A stretch of 63,912 nucleotides of DNA, filler included, from Lenisia limosa (GCA_001655205.1; 9 parts of 9 records of this genome joined end to end with filler, not necessarily neighbours in it); one strand, 5' to 3'; shown: positions 11,901-25,020, numbered from the whole stretch's first letter. Translations and numbers: made by a program. The notes: generated by a model from the letters alone, not told the origin.

Positions 11901-13628
11901 TATTTTAAGGGCAATATACAGTTATACGATTGATTAAAGCAGGTGACCTAACCAGATTCAAGACGCAATCTTAACGGAGCCCCAAATACAAATTTTGTGG
12001 CCAGAATATGGACCCCAAATCCATGGGTGAATTCTTATACTGTAGTGTTTCATTCTGGTTTAGCAGCCTGCTTCAAGAACGGAATAATATACCGTTTTAA
12101 ATGGTTTAACAAGAAATTAGAGTAAACAAATCTGAGACATATAATATAATATATATATATATGCATATATATATATCATCATATCATATACTACTAGTAT
12201 ATCTCATATAGCGCAATGAAAAATAAACAAAACAAGGATCACGCTTATTAGAGATATTAAATTATAGTAAAATATATTAATTCACCCTATTATATGCCTT
12301 ACAACTCTGTGTACACAGCTTTCTGCATGATTAAGAATTTCAATTCTATATAGGAACACGAAATTAAAGTAAACACATCTTGCGATTGACTACAATATGC
12401 TATAACAAAAATCCAATCATTCACCTTTCAACTATTGATGTATAGCAATGAGAAATAAAATAAGGTTGCATCTGTCCACAATATCACGCTTATAAGAGAT
12501 AGTGAATTATAGTATCTGGCCGAAGCCGNNNNNNNNNNNNNNNNNNNNNNNNNNNNNNNNNNNNNNNNNNNNNNNNNNNNNNNNNNNNNNNNNNNNGTCT
12601 GGGCTCTGCGTTGGTTAGAGTTCTCCTTCTCAAACTTCCCCCCGAAAGCCTGGCGTTGTTCTGTTGATGCTAAATGGTAAAAAGAAACTCAATTCAAAAA
12701 TATTTCACAACTCCAACAAAAAACTCATCTACTCCATGTAATACTGTTGAGAAGAAAGGAATCGAATATCAAAGTCTCTATTGAAACGAGGATCATAAAG
12801 ATCCGGCGGTACACCATATCAGAACAATACATGCACGTTTCATAGATTTTATTATGCACAATGACGTGATAACACCTGACATGTTTCACTAAAGATAAAG
12901 CAATATCCATATCAGAGCTTATCGTGGTCAATATATACATACATTGTAATTGCTTTCGAAAAAACAATGGTCAAGATATCCCATACACCGAAAAGATGTT
13001 GTTTTCTGGTTCAAATATAGGACAAGTAAAAACTGGTATTACTTGGCTACCCTTGAAAATGAGAAACAATAAAGGGGGTATCGCCGAAACCTCCACATTA
13101 TCACGCTTATAAGAGACGATATACTATTAACGTACGCGCTCATTTGCCTTTCACATGTGCACACAGCTATATAAATAAAATAACAAACTCAAAGAAAGAC
13201 AGTGATAAAAAGATAACCCCTACTTTTACGCTGATGACAAAATGTGTCATTTTTATCACCCCTTACCAAACGCTTTAGTCATTAAAACTTGCCAAAATCA
13301 ACCTAAATGGCCCCACAAACCTTGTCCGCCCTGGTGCTGATCAAGGGCTTTTGGCGGAAGACCCTGAGTTGACGAGTTGATACCCCAGGGGTCAGCCTCA
13401 ACTGGGAATCGGGATGGCTTCGCGTCATTCTTGCCTAGTATTGTTATTAAAAAAGTTGCGCGGTGGGAAGAAAGAGAAGAGGCCGTCAACATTATAAACA
13501 AGGTGTATTTGCATACCATCCTTTGACTGTGTATATTTCCGTCCAGCTCCACTAGTTTTGCCTCCTCTAGAGCCTCCTCGGCCTCCACGGAAGCCTGAAG
13601 CCTGCGCTGGCGACTTAGAGGACTCCAT
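8985..13628 (-). CDS. Multi-exon RGG/RG-rich, charged coiled-coil protein of unknown function (possible RNA-binding protein)
   Basis: Exons MESSKSPAQASGFRGGRGGSRGGK.. / GKNDAKPSRFP.. / DSDRGRGRGRGGRGRGRGGGK / ..RRDREKVQRERRERYEALKAEDDARRQK..EAQMSEIELLEM. Several junctions are phase-compatible GT-AG. Confidence 0.6.
11081..11309. mobile_element. Palindromic MITE (CAGTGTCGCGGTCAGTGTGTAATCATTATG TIR) with a nested family F MITE (11131-11259)
   Basis: The 11081-11113 arm is mirrored at 11279-11309. The inner element runs CTAG-GGCTCCATG...CATGAAGCC-CTAG. Other F copies lie at about 19615-19735, 52140-52215 and 58330-58410. Confidence 0.75.
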
Positions 13629-13842
13629 ACGAAAGCTATGTTTTAGACCTGACAACTGTTTTTAAGCTAACGGTACCTATTCTTCCCGAAGGACAATCAT
13701 GAAAAGCTCGATTTCCTCAAAAAATGAAGTTCTCCGCGACCGCAGTATTTAAGACCAAAAATTTGGCGGAAGAAACCTATTTGAACAGTTATATAACACA
13801 CTATTGTTCATACTTTCGTTAAATCCAGTCGTTTGAATCAAG

Positions 13843-16607
13843 ATGGGAGGTGCTTTGTCAAAGAAAAAGAAGGCTCAGGTTTGCACTGACGTTCCTTTGC
13901 CTCTTTATACGTGTAGGTTCTAGTATTGGGCCTAGATAACGCAGGAAAGACCACAATGATCAATTTTCTCAAGCCAGTGAAGGTTGGCATCACATTGAAC
14001 ACGTTCTTGCGAACTCTCCCATGCAATCACTAATTCGGATACCTATCAACAATATACATTCTCTTATTAATGCTTATATTTGCTCATAGAGGGGAATGGG
14101 GAGGGCGGTACATATGCATGATACGTATGATACTGGTCCCTGACTAAAAACCCTAAATTCCAATACATCAATAAATATCGATTTTTATGGGTCTTTTTGG
14201 GACCTGAGTGAAGCCCCTCCTGTCCTTATCGAGTCAGTTTGATCTGAAAAGACCTATTGATAGCTTTCTCGGATTTATCGAGAATCCGTCTTTTTTTCAA
14301 ACCGAAGTGAAGACCTAGTAAAGAATCTAACTATCTAGCTTCGGTCAGACGAAATTGTACCGACAGCTGGCTACATTGTTGAAGAATTCCAAAGGCACAA
14401 TGTCACATTCTCCGCAGTGGATATGAGCGGACAGGTTGGGAGAGGGGGGGGGGGCGAGTAAAATTGGAAAATTTATGAATTAAAAAACCCATATCCACTC
14501 TGTTGGCTTTGGAGAGAATACAGGAGTATTTAGTTTTAAAAGGGGTTTTTTGTATTCTATACAAGGGCACAGTATATTCGTCCAGATTACTTTAATTGCA
14601 AACCCATCCATAGAGCTTCACATTCGGTTTCAAACAGAATCCTGGAGGAACCGAGAGTGAAACAGTAGTCATATTTCCCTACAATATTCAAATTTGTTGG
14701 TTTGGTAATGAAAACGAAGCCGCCATCACCATCACATATAAGTAGGGCTTCACTTTGGTTCAAAAAAGACTGAATTTCTCGATAAATCCCCGAAAACTAT
14801 CGATATTTTCCCGATGTTTTCCAGACGAAGTGGCCATAATCTACTGGAGTTTAAGTTAATTCTATTGGTTTTACAATGGAGAGGAGTAATGTATTTCTGC
14901 TCTCTTGATTTTTCTAGGTTTACACAGCTCAAAGCCCTTCATATTACCTTTCATTTATACAGCTAAAGACATTCATGCTCATGTGACCTTTCAGGGCAAA
15001 TTCCGCGGCCTCTGGGAGCATTACTACAAAGACTGCTGCGGTATTATTTTTGTTGTCGATGCGGCTGATAAAGTGAGTTTCTTTGTCTACTTTTAAACAA
15101 AGTTTTGGACTGGGTGAATTTACATAGGGATCAAACTGTTTGTTGTTTCCTATTTCCTATGACTCCATTATCATCATCACGTTTTCAGGTGAACATAAAG
15201 GGCAAAATGCCTAATTAGCATATCCCTTTATTTCAAATAGAGCTGAGAAACAACAAACCGCGTTTCTGATTTATTATTATCATTATTTGTATTTCGATAT
15301 ACACGTAGTATGTAATTACATATTTATTTCATTTTAACATGCCAGCTACGATTTAATGTGGTCAAAGAAGAGCTTGCCAATATCTTCGAACACTCTGGTG
15401 AGTACGGGTTGAGTTAAAATTAAATCTATGTACGTAGTTCAATGAAGTAGGTTAATAACCATAGTACATCACATAGTGAACACAAATGAACGCTTGTTGC
15501 TATTGTCTTGTACTGTTCTTGTTCTTGTTGATGAATCCTTGTATTTTTATTCATGCTTTCTTCTTCCTAGAGCCTCCCTGCGACCTCAAAAAAACTGCAT
15601 TTCTCGAAATATCCTTGATAAATTTCCATTTTACTTGCCTTTTTCGGACCGAAATGATGTCCTACTTCTTCCCTTTCTACCGTTTTTCTTGTTTACACAA
15701 ACACTCATCTTATTTAGATGTCAAGAACACTCACATTCCCCTCCTCTTCCTTGCCAATAAAATGGATTTGGATGGGGCCATTGACCCCACTGAAAGTTGG
15801 TTTTCTCAATAGCTGGAATATAATGCTAAATACATTGAATACTCCAGCTATAACGAAGAAAGCTAGAGTTAATATGAAACTATATGCCAATATCTGTTAT
15901 CAGCGTGGCTGTGTGGACGGCTATGGCCAGATACAATTGTTACCCTACAATGACTGCGATAAGTCTTGACCGATTGCTCAGTGATTTCCCAAGGAAAATT
16001 GGACAAGACTTATCCAGGTCACCGTATGTATTTTTTCCTTGAGCAACAATTAATTTCCTTAATATCGATATCTTAAATAAAAGTGAATTGTAATCTTCAG
16101 CCAGATATATCACGTCACTTGGATAAGATTGTTTGTTTTGTTTTTGTTTTGCTTCTTGTATATTCCCCGACATCTGAAAGATATGTTCTTCTCACCTCTA
16201 TCAGTGGTACAACTTCTGGAGCTTGACGGAATCACCGGCCGCGCGTGGCACATTAACGCCACAAATGCACTCACCGGACAGGGGGTGGATGATGGTGGGG
16301 AGGGCAGTCTATATTGAGAGAGGAGTGGAGGTGGAATAGCGAATGGAAATATTTTGAAAAAGGTGGTTTGGGGGGACTTCCTTCATAGTGTAATGTATGA
16401 GAGAAGTATTCATAGCAATATTTGTTCGTATCCACATTATATTCACACCCCAAAAAAACAAAAAACAGATTATTCAGTTCGTGATTTGTAACTTTACGCC
16501 AATATTCTTCTACATTTCCTTATTTATGAAAGCCCCACATCACTTTCAATTTTCAACAAAACTGACCTCCCCTAGCTATTCGCTGGCTGGCTGAGCATTT
16601 GCCTTAG
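13843..16607 (+). CDS. ARL6: ADP-ribosylation factor-like protein 6 (BBS3), 8 exons: 13843-13878, 13917-13982, 14339-14434, 14995-15072, 15346-15397, 15718-15795, 16205-16294, 16576-16607
   Basis: The spliced frame reads MGGALSKKKKAQVLVLGLDNAGKTT..VPTAG..DMSGQGKFRGLWEHYY..IIFVVD..LFLANKMDL..WHINATNALTGQGVDDAIRWLAEHLP*. DMSGQ is ARL6-typical, and all introns are GT-AG. Confidence 0.92.
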
Positions 16608-17238
16608 ATTCTATGTGGGTATTATTTTGGGTTTGTAATTTTGTGAATTAGCGTTTTTGATATTGCATTTTTTCTTTCGCTGTGCGTACAAATCTCACGA
16701 ATTATTAAAGTAACATTGTTTAACCCTCAAAAAATGTATTATTATACCATGTGTTGAATCAATATGTAGATTACATGTGGGGAGGCACACAAAAAGCTGT
16801 GAGCACAGAGTTGTTAGGCAAATGATTGGGTGAATTGATATTATACTATAATAATTCAATATCTCTTATAAGCGTGATGATGTGGACAGCTTCGGCCAGA
16901 TATAACTTTATTTTTTATTTCCCATTGCTATACAGCAATAACGACCACTTTCTGGCTCGGTATCATGGCAATGTTGCCACATCATAGAATTGTCGAGTAA
17001 TATAATACACTCACTGACACGGATATTGCACTTTATCTTTGGTAAATCGTGTCAGGACTTGTCAAGGTCTGTGTATAATATCACATTATTCCATAATGCT
17101 CTTTGTTAGAAGAAAGAATTACCCTTACAGGACAAAAACTTGTCCCACATGGTAACTTAAGATGTCGCGGAAATAGATTCAAAAGAGCTCTCATTCATAT
17201 GCATACACACAATAATAATAATAGTATAATTCAACACG

Positions 17239-18840
17239 TTAGAACAATCTAGTAAGCCAATTGCTGCAGTGATCCTCATCAGCATTGATCAGATCGTGGA
17301 TCGCGAACAAAGTCACCGTAGCAATACCAATAAAGAAGAGAACAGCAAGGGGCCAAGACATGTAGCGGGGTACATTCTTCTTATACCTGGTTGATAAAAT
17401 CGTTTAATGATATTGTGACCCACTCTTCGTAGTCAGGGAACATTGTGGTAAGGTAGGCTTCCTCTTTCTTCACAACACCTTAAAGGGTAATTTGAAAATT
17501 TGTGATAACAAATGAAGACCAAATGAATTCACTAACCGAAATGCAACAAATAGAACGCGACAGTGACGACAATGAAGGGCCAAAGAGTCAAGAACATAAT
17601 GCCAGCAACTAAAGTCGTCACATGGTGTGTCAGAGTAAGGTCAATACCAAAAGCATTCATATATTCCCAGCTATTTTAACCCAGTTGGGCAGTGAACAGC
17701 AATGAAATCTATAAATCGAGTCACTCAAAATAAACATTTGTTTTACAGCATATCAAAAGCCATGGCCAACCGAGGGGAGCGCATAACACGAAGAAGTAAA
17801 GAGGATTACGACAGACTCCAAACTGAATGGTGAGCCAAAGGTAATAGTGCTAATTAGTCACGCATACATATATTGCAAAGTAACCAAGATGCTAACAGTA
17901 TTATTTGAAAATGGAGAAGTGAAAACATGAAGTGACACTGTATGAATTTCAAATTACTTCCAATTGTCCATTGTAGAGTAGACACCCTGCTTAAAAGCCC
18001 AAATATGATCAAATATGACTTGCATATGAAAGCAATTGCAGAAGTCATCCAAAACAGTATAAAGATACCCCCCCCCATCCTTCCACCCACCATTCCAGAA
18101 GTCAGGAGCTCGGTGACGTGATCTTTTGGATCAACAGGTGTACAGTGATCAGCCATGGTCTTCTTCGCAATTGCCATTCGACGAGCCATCACAACAAATA
18201 TCACAAGGAATAGGGGGAAGCGTACACTACAATCGTGAATTACAAACAAATGTAGTGAATTAAAAAAAAAAATTAAAAAAAAAAGGTGAAGCGCAAAATC
18301 GTGAACCATAATTAAAATAAATATGGTGAATCAAAACAAAGACGATTTCCAAAACAAAAATAAAGCAAATATGGTCCATTTCCAAAAAAATGAGGAGAAT
18401 GATGGTACATCTAAAGAACTAACGAACAAAGTACACAAAGATACAGCATTTCTGTCAAGGTTCGAAAACAAGAACTGGTGTACTTGTTATGAGAAAATCC
18501 GGTTTCTTTGACATACTAGAGGGAAATGTGAGACTCAAGAGTTGGGGAACCCAAGCAAGGCACAAGAGATGAGACAACTAGAGTGTGAAAAGTGATATAA
18601 AGTGTAGTGATTGAAAATGAATGGAAACATGTTGAAACGATGTACATTCAAACTTTCAAACGAACACACCACATTGTTGTGGCAATTGTCTGATGTGGGC
18701 CTTTCAACCATCCTTCACACCTCCAAGTAACAATGCTGCTGAACAGAAGTGCTCCGGGTGAAACCACATTGTGGAGGCTGGGTCATTTCCAATGATCTCA
18801 TTTGGCTTCAAAGCAGTTGTCTCAGTTGCCATTTCTTCCC
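17239..18840 (-). CDS. Isoprenylcysteine carboxyl methyltransferase / PEMT-family membrane methyltransferase
   Basis: TPVDPKDHVTELLTSGM / FGVCRNPLYFF.. / VKKEEAYLTTMFPDYEEW / KNVPRY match the family's RNPxY and EExxL...Y...VPR motifs. The 5' exons are uncertain. Confidence 0.75.
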
Positions 18841-19000
18841 TGAAATGTTAGTTGACAATGGAGAAACGCGTTGTTTCATATTCCTCTTCCTATTACAATT
18901 CTTTGGTGCTAATATTTTGTTATAATGCTTTCAATTTCAACAGCAATATACGTATAAATGGCCCGTGAAGGCGGGGAAATTATCGGAAGTGTCAAACATA

Positions 19001-19477
19001 TCATGTCAGAAAATCGCCGCTTACGTCTGTTTGTTTGAAGAGGTTCTTTTTACAATCATTTTCTTCTTGGTGAGTATTTTTGCGAGATATTCTCTTTGTC
19101 GGGTGGTTGTAAATCCAACTGCATGAAAACCCAAACTGAAAGCAGGCTAAAATCGTAATTATAAATAGACTGGCATTTGCAAATCCAAACCTTCTCAAAC
19201 GAAAACAACCTCTTGCCTTTCTTCCTTCCTTTCCTCTTCCTCCTGTGAAGCTATGGAAAGATTTCCGAAGGGCAAAGGAATCCGAAGGGCTCAGGTTTGC
19301 GACTCTCAGCGCTTGATCATATCTGACAACCCTATCTCCTGCCAATACCGCGTTCCTTAGAATCGTCTTCATATTTTCAGATTGGAGCCCTTTTTCAGAA
19401 AGCATGGACCAACCAACGAAGGCAAACCAAGACGAATTGCGCTCAGGTTCTTTCCCCGGTTGCATTGGTATGATCAT
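19001..19477 (-). CDS. Unassigned ORF/exons
   Basis: 158-aa ORF with no recognised motif. It may be 5' exons of the neighbouring gene. Confidence 0.25.
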   Translation of the reverse strand: MIIPMQPGKEPERNSSWFAFVGWSMLSEKGLQSENMKTILRNAVLAGDRVVRYDQALRVANLSPSDSFALRKSFHSFTGGRGKEGRKARGCFRLRRFGFANASLFIITILACFQFGFSCSWIYNHPTKRISRKNTHQEENDCKKNLFKQTDVSGDFLT

Positions 19478-21168
19478 GGGTGTGCGTGAATAAATATGTG
19501 GTATTGGTCGAAAGTTTAATTATCGAACCTGAATCTCATAAACCATGACAAGACAACTCGCGAGCGGGCTAGGCTATATTAGTGCATGGAGGTTAAACAC
19601 GATCAGGGATATTACTAGGGCTCTGTGCAATTTATAGAATAATAATTGCAAAATTTGAAGTACGCAATTTCAGACACTTTAATTTTAAATTTTGTCAATT
19701 AATTTCCTCAAAATAATTAATTGCACAGTGTCCTAGATATTACTTTACCTCCATGATGAGTGGTTATATTCAATTAATTCATATTGGAAGCTCTAATTTT
19801 TTTAAAACATACTTTTTGACGCCGTACTTTTTTGACGCCCTTTTTAACCTGCCCTCAGATCCTGCTTATGTACCTGGTCCAGCTGATGATATCCAATCTC
19901 CTCCAACAAGATGGAAAGTACTCAGTATGATGGACATATTTATCACCTCTTTACTTACATGTATACAGTAACCGGGATAAGCCGGGATAAGTCTTGACCT
20001 ATTTTCCTTGGGAAATCACAGCAAATCGGTCAATACTTATCCCGGTCACTGTATATGATGGACATCTTCTATACATATGATATATATTTGAAGAACATAC
20101 GCAACAACTTAGCTTCCCTTCAGACCCAACATGTTGACCCATATCCACGAGTGACCATTCATAACCGACTTTCGAGTCGAAGTGATGAACGAAGATAATA
20201 CGAGGCTTCACCTTGAATGTAAAGACTTGTCTGTCAATTATCACAAGAGTGGATATGAGGCATAAAATACATGCGAAAATGACCCAAAAAGTGATATGAG
20301 CAAATTGAAATATCAAATTTAGTATTTATGGTGAAATGTATTTGTTTTGTTTTGTTAAAATCGGATTCTAAATCTAATGTGCCAGGTTGAAGTCCACCAT
20401 CCTCATCTCCAAATCCCCTCGTTTTTGTAAGTGGTTTGGATTGGGTGTATAAATATAACAAAAGGATCTTTCTAAGTTTGAAGTGGAACATGTTGAAAAT
20501 TCAGCATTAACTTCTTTATAAACCCTGTTGTACAGAGTGGTACACAGAAGAACTTATTCAAAAACACCTTTTTTGTTTCATGACGCATTACAGCGCTTCT
20601 ATTGGGCCGAATGATGAATGCCCTGACCCCATTCCCTATGTCGATAGGTTCCCGGAAGATAATAAGGTCCGTTTTGGCTGGAGGGGGAGGGGGGAAACAT
20701 ATCATATACGGTGACCGAGATAAGCCGATTTGCTCTATGATTTCCCAGGAAAATGGGTCAAAACTTATCCCGCTCACTGCATATACGACCGGGATAAGTC
20801 TTGACCGATTTGCTCTCTGATTTCTGAAAGAAAATTAGTCAAAACTTCTCCCGGTCTACATCGATATGTAAATTAAAAATCTGGTAAACAAATGACTACA
20901 TTAGGATACCATAAAAACAGATTACCTTTGTTCCTTAGGGGGGTCGTCCAATTATCATATATATATANNNNNNNNNNNNNNNNNNNNNNNNNNNNNNNNN
21001 NNNNNNNNNNNTTAATTAATTAANNNNNNNNNNNNNNNNNNNNNNNNNNNNNNNNNNNNNNNNNNNNAAAATCAACTTGGTTGGCTCAACATTTGACAAA
21101 AACATATTAAGATCACCAAAAACAATCAGCAAAGAAGAAATGACAAATTCTTTTGAACAAAATCCTAC

Positions 21169-22250
21169 CGCATTCAGGTGTGGCGCTCCAGCCTGTTGAC
21201 CAATCACACGTGATATCTGATTCCTTTGGCGTACCAATCGTACATGTTACCTACAGAAGTTGGGTGATAATAATCTGTTATGACAATGATATTGTAAATA
21301 GTAGCAATGACGGTGGCACAAGAAAGTAACAATGATGGAATTCAGATGACAATGTGATAATAATCCCCCCACTGTGCAAGACCCTCCCGACTCAGGGTAC
21401 CCCGCAGGACAGTTGATGACCGCACCGTTTGTTACCAAGGGGGGATGCCGACACTGAATGTCATAATAGGGCTACCCTAATAACATGCAGATGTAATATA
21501 CCGAGGATAAAAGACAAATTGTAAGGTGGTGTGGGACCCCCCCACTCTTTCCATTTTAAGTTGGCGTAAGGTGACACATTGGTTATCTTCGGTCGCATCT
21601 TCAAACTGCCCAGTTTGTAAGCCGTTTGAGTCCAACCTGTCTCAGTCAGCCAATCAACCAACAGAAGGACATCATTGGTGCATCCAGAATACCCATGTAA
21701 ATAAACCTATTTCCTCCTTAATCCATAAACTAAAAAAAATATGCATTTGTGTGTTCATATTCGAAGAGTACTCCGGTGATTGGCTGGAGGAATAACAGTC
21801 ACCATACAAATCATAGTAACACGTCAGCAATAATGTGTCCATGGTTAGCCCATTCCATCATCAACTTCACATCACACCTTAGCTCGGCAAAAGAAAACCC
21901 GAACAGAACAAGAAGAAGCACCTGTAGTGCCGCTGATACACTCAACATTTGTTTGAGAATGTCTGTCTACACTCACTTCCACACCTCTATATCTTGTTTC
22001 TCTTTTTTGCTTTTAACCAGGCTCCTCGGGCTGCTCGGGCCGGCCAGCGACCATCAGAGGTAGTAAGACGCAGTCGGGTGTGTGGTTGATTGTAGCTAAT
22101 TTAACTAAAAAATTAAACAGACCATACATGTTTCATGACTGTACCTTCTCGCACAGCCTTCAACACAGTAGCTAACTAGAGAACCAGGCAACACCTGGAG
22201 CCCTTGAGCAGAAATGATGACCTTCCTTCTCACCCTTCTTTGGATTGTCC
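21169..22250 (-). CDS. Secreted-type protein with a sushi/CCP-like module, partial
   Basis: Phase-consistent exons VYLHGYSGCTNDVLL..NLKWK / DVGIPPLVTNGAVINCPAGYPESGGSCT / VTCTIGTPKESDITCDWSTGWSATPEC, with GTGGGG donors. Confidence 0.55.
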
Positions 22251-22644
22251 CTGCAATGTGCTGGTGGGGGGTCTTTTGATTATTGTGTGTATGGATTTGC
22301 AATGGGTGGTCTTCACCAAAGCAAATGACTCATTTGGAATGGTGTCTAACCACAAAAGCAACTTTATCCTGCGTCTTTGAGTTGTTTTTCAAAATATTCC
22401 AATTAGATTCTATTCTGTGTTAAAAGGGCTAATAGTTCTTCTAATATACTTTTTTCACAGCTTCAAGGGATTTTTAGAGAAAAGAGCCCTTCTTCCCACT
22501 TGTTCCAGCCTTCCCATAATATAAACTTGACCTTTTCTTTGTCTATATTGAGTCTCGGTTATTATTTTTGAATAAAGCGTTTTGAATTCCAATAATACTA
22601 TTTTAGGGTTCAAACCACCTCCAATATCGAAACATCAGCCACAG

Positions 22645-25020
22645 TCGTAGCTCACGATTTTGTGAACGCGGATGGCTCTTTTTCGGATGTTGTTGAGAGG
22701 CTTGCCAATATCACTCAGAGATGTGAGTGGGTCAATGATGCGTTTTGTATTGACAATAAGAAAGATGGTGTTCTTCTCTTTCGTATGGATATAATAATAA
22801 GATAATACTCTATTGTGTCCCCTATGCTCACTATTGCAGTTGAAGACTTGGAGAACAAGCTTAATGGAGGTTTGTGTACTCATGCTATTTCTTTGCACAG
22901 TAACTCAACCTTGGAATATTGCACAATGGCGATGCAGAGCTTTAACTTCAGTCAATTACCTCTCTTCACAATAATGCTCAACATACAAACTTTTTATTCA
23001 CATTTGCTCACACGAATAAATTGCCTTCATCGCAAATGTTTGGACTCTCCCCTTGCCTAACATTTCCCTCTCCCCTTGCCTATCATTTCACTCTCCCCTT
23101 GCATATCATTTCCCTCTCCCCTTGCCTATCACTTCCCTCTCCCCTTGCCTACTCAAATGAATCACCCCTGCCTAGTCGCAAGCTGTGCCTCTGTTGGCGC
23201 ATCAGGATACCACAATATCCGACTTCTTGACGGTAACGTTGTCAAAGCATATTGCGAAATGGTAAGTAGCCTGCCTCTTGACACATCTGCGATCAGCAAT
23301 AATATGGCATCTCAATATTTACAATCGATTTTATTCTGTCTAGGAACTCTTTGGAGGGAATTGGACTGTTGTTGGAAGAGAAGTCAGTGCCACTAGTGAC
23401 GAGTTTTTCATGTGGAACACCTATAACACTGTGGGGGTTGGAGCACCCATAACACTGTGATTACTTATACTACTTTCAGTCAAAAAATTTGTTTTCCCTT
23501 GCTCCCAACCAAACAATTTTACACTACAGATGTACGCAAATCAAGGACTAGCTTCCAACACTGCATTCAGCTTGGCCTTCAGGTATGATCAGGGAGATTC
23601 AATTGAGATGAAACTGTTTCATTCATTATTTCATAAATAGATGGAACAAACTCTGAGTGGCACCCCCCTCTCTCTCTCTTACAAGTGGATGTTCAGTCCC
23701 CCCTCTCTCTTACACGTGGATGTTCAGTCCCACCCCCCCTCTCTTGCACGTGGATGTTCAATAATGCGGTACTTGAGTCTAACTATTGTAGGAACCTTGA
23801 CTTTGAGATATCAGAGATCATTTTTGGATTCGGTGACACCCTTGAATCTTCCGATATCTATGGTATCTCAGTGGGGGGGGGGGGGAAGGNNNNNNNNNNN
23901 NNNNNNNNNNNNNNNNNNNNNNNNNNNNNNNNNNNNNNNNNNNNNNNNNNNNNNNNNNNNNNNNNNNNNNNNNNNNNNNNNNNNNNNNNNNNNNNNNNNN
24001 NNNNCTTATCATACCTATAGATTCCTGTAGCCTTCGACCAGCTCAACGCATTCAGCCCAGACGCAGTTGCTGGCGAAACCTGCATCACCTCCGAGGTTTG
24101 GGGTGAATCACAGTTTCTAAAAGTTTCTCAAGCAGGTTGGCAATTCTGTTGCGTGACAGTTTATTGCACTGAGAAAAGATTATCATTGTGGACGGCTTCG
24201 GCGAGACACCATCCCCTTTCCCATTTAACATCAATCCAGGCCTTCTTCTCTCCGCCAGCATCCAACCCCGCGCGCCTTCAATACGGTTACGGCTTCAAAA
24301 TGCTTGATAAGTCCCTAATCACTGAGAGAACTGCAGCCTATACTGGTGAGAGGTGAATGTCTTCCTCCTTCGTTTGTTACATGCAAGCAACACTTTGCTC
24401 AGGCTGAATTCCAATATACTGCTCACACTCTTTCTAAAGCCCAACTCACACTCTTTCTAACAGCTCACACTCTTTCTTAAGCCCAGCTCACACTCTTTCT
24501 AAAGCCCAGCTCACANNNNNNNNNNNNNNNNNNNNNNNNNNNNNNNNNNNNNNNNNNNNNNNNNNNNNNNNNNNNNNNNNNNNNNNNNNNNNNNNNNNNN
24601 NNNNNNNNNNNNNNNNNNNNNNNNNNNNNNNNNNTTTCTTAAGCCCAGCTCACACTTTTTCTTAAGCCCAGCTCACACTCTTTCTAAAGCCCAGCTCACC
24701 ATCCAGCGTTTGACATGGCGAAATGGAAGACGTGCGATAGTTCTCAGGGGTCTCTGGACCTCTTCTGTATCTATCGTGGCAGCCTTCAGAGAAGCTGTGC
24801 GTCTGGCAACCCGAATTCCTCTGGTGGATCGACCATGTCCATATCCACTATTGGGTAGGTGGTTATGAGCTATGTTTTCTCAAAAACTCGTTTGTATCTA
24901 AAATGTTCCCTTCACCCGCCCAGAATGTCAGTGACGTCATCGGTCTACTCCGCTAATTCCATTACTGAGATTTCCTCTGTCCAAATGGGGGTCGGTCACA
25001 TTTGGGTGGCGGCTCGTTAG
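22645..25020 (+). CDS. Fibrinogen C-terminal-like (FReD) domain protein, multi-exon
   Basis: SCASVGASGYHNIRLLDGNVVKAYCEM / ELFGGNWTVVGRE matches the FReD N-terminal motif (YC.M..GGWTV). Downstream exons stay in phase to ..GHIWVAAR*. Confidence 0.7.
23043..23150 (+). repeat. ~22-bp intronic tandem repeat (CTCTCCCCTTGCCTATCATTTCC)
   Basis: About 5 units. Confidence 0.8.
24420..24700 (+). repeat. ~22-bp intronic tandem repeat (AAAGCCCAGCTCACACTCTTTCT), gap inside
   Basis: Units are present on both sides of the N gap. Confidence 0.85.

Noticed and set aside
16870-16905. Family D core as a hammerhead ribozyme or a complete C/D snoRNA
   Set aside because: There is no CUGANGA/GAAA core in the right topology and no conserved CTGA D box. 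Most copies read GTGATGG.
24420-24700. Short tandem repeats as a CRISPR array
   Set aside because: The units are head-to-tail with no unique spacers, and they sit in eukaryotic introns with no cas genes.
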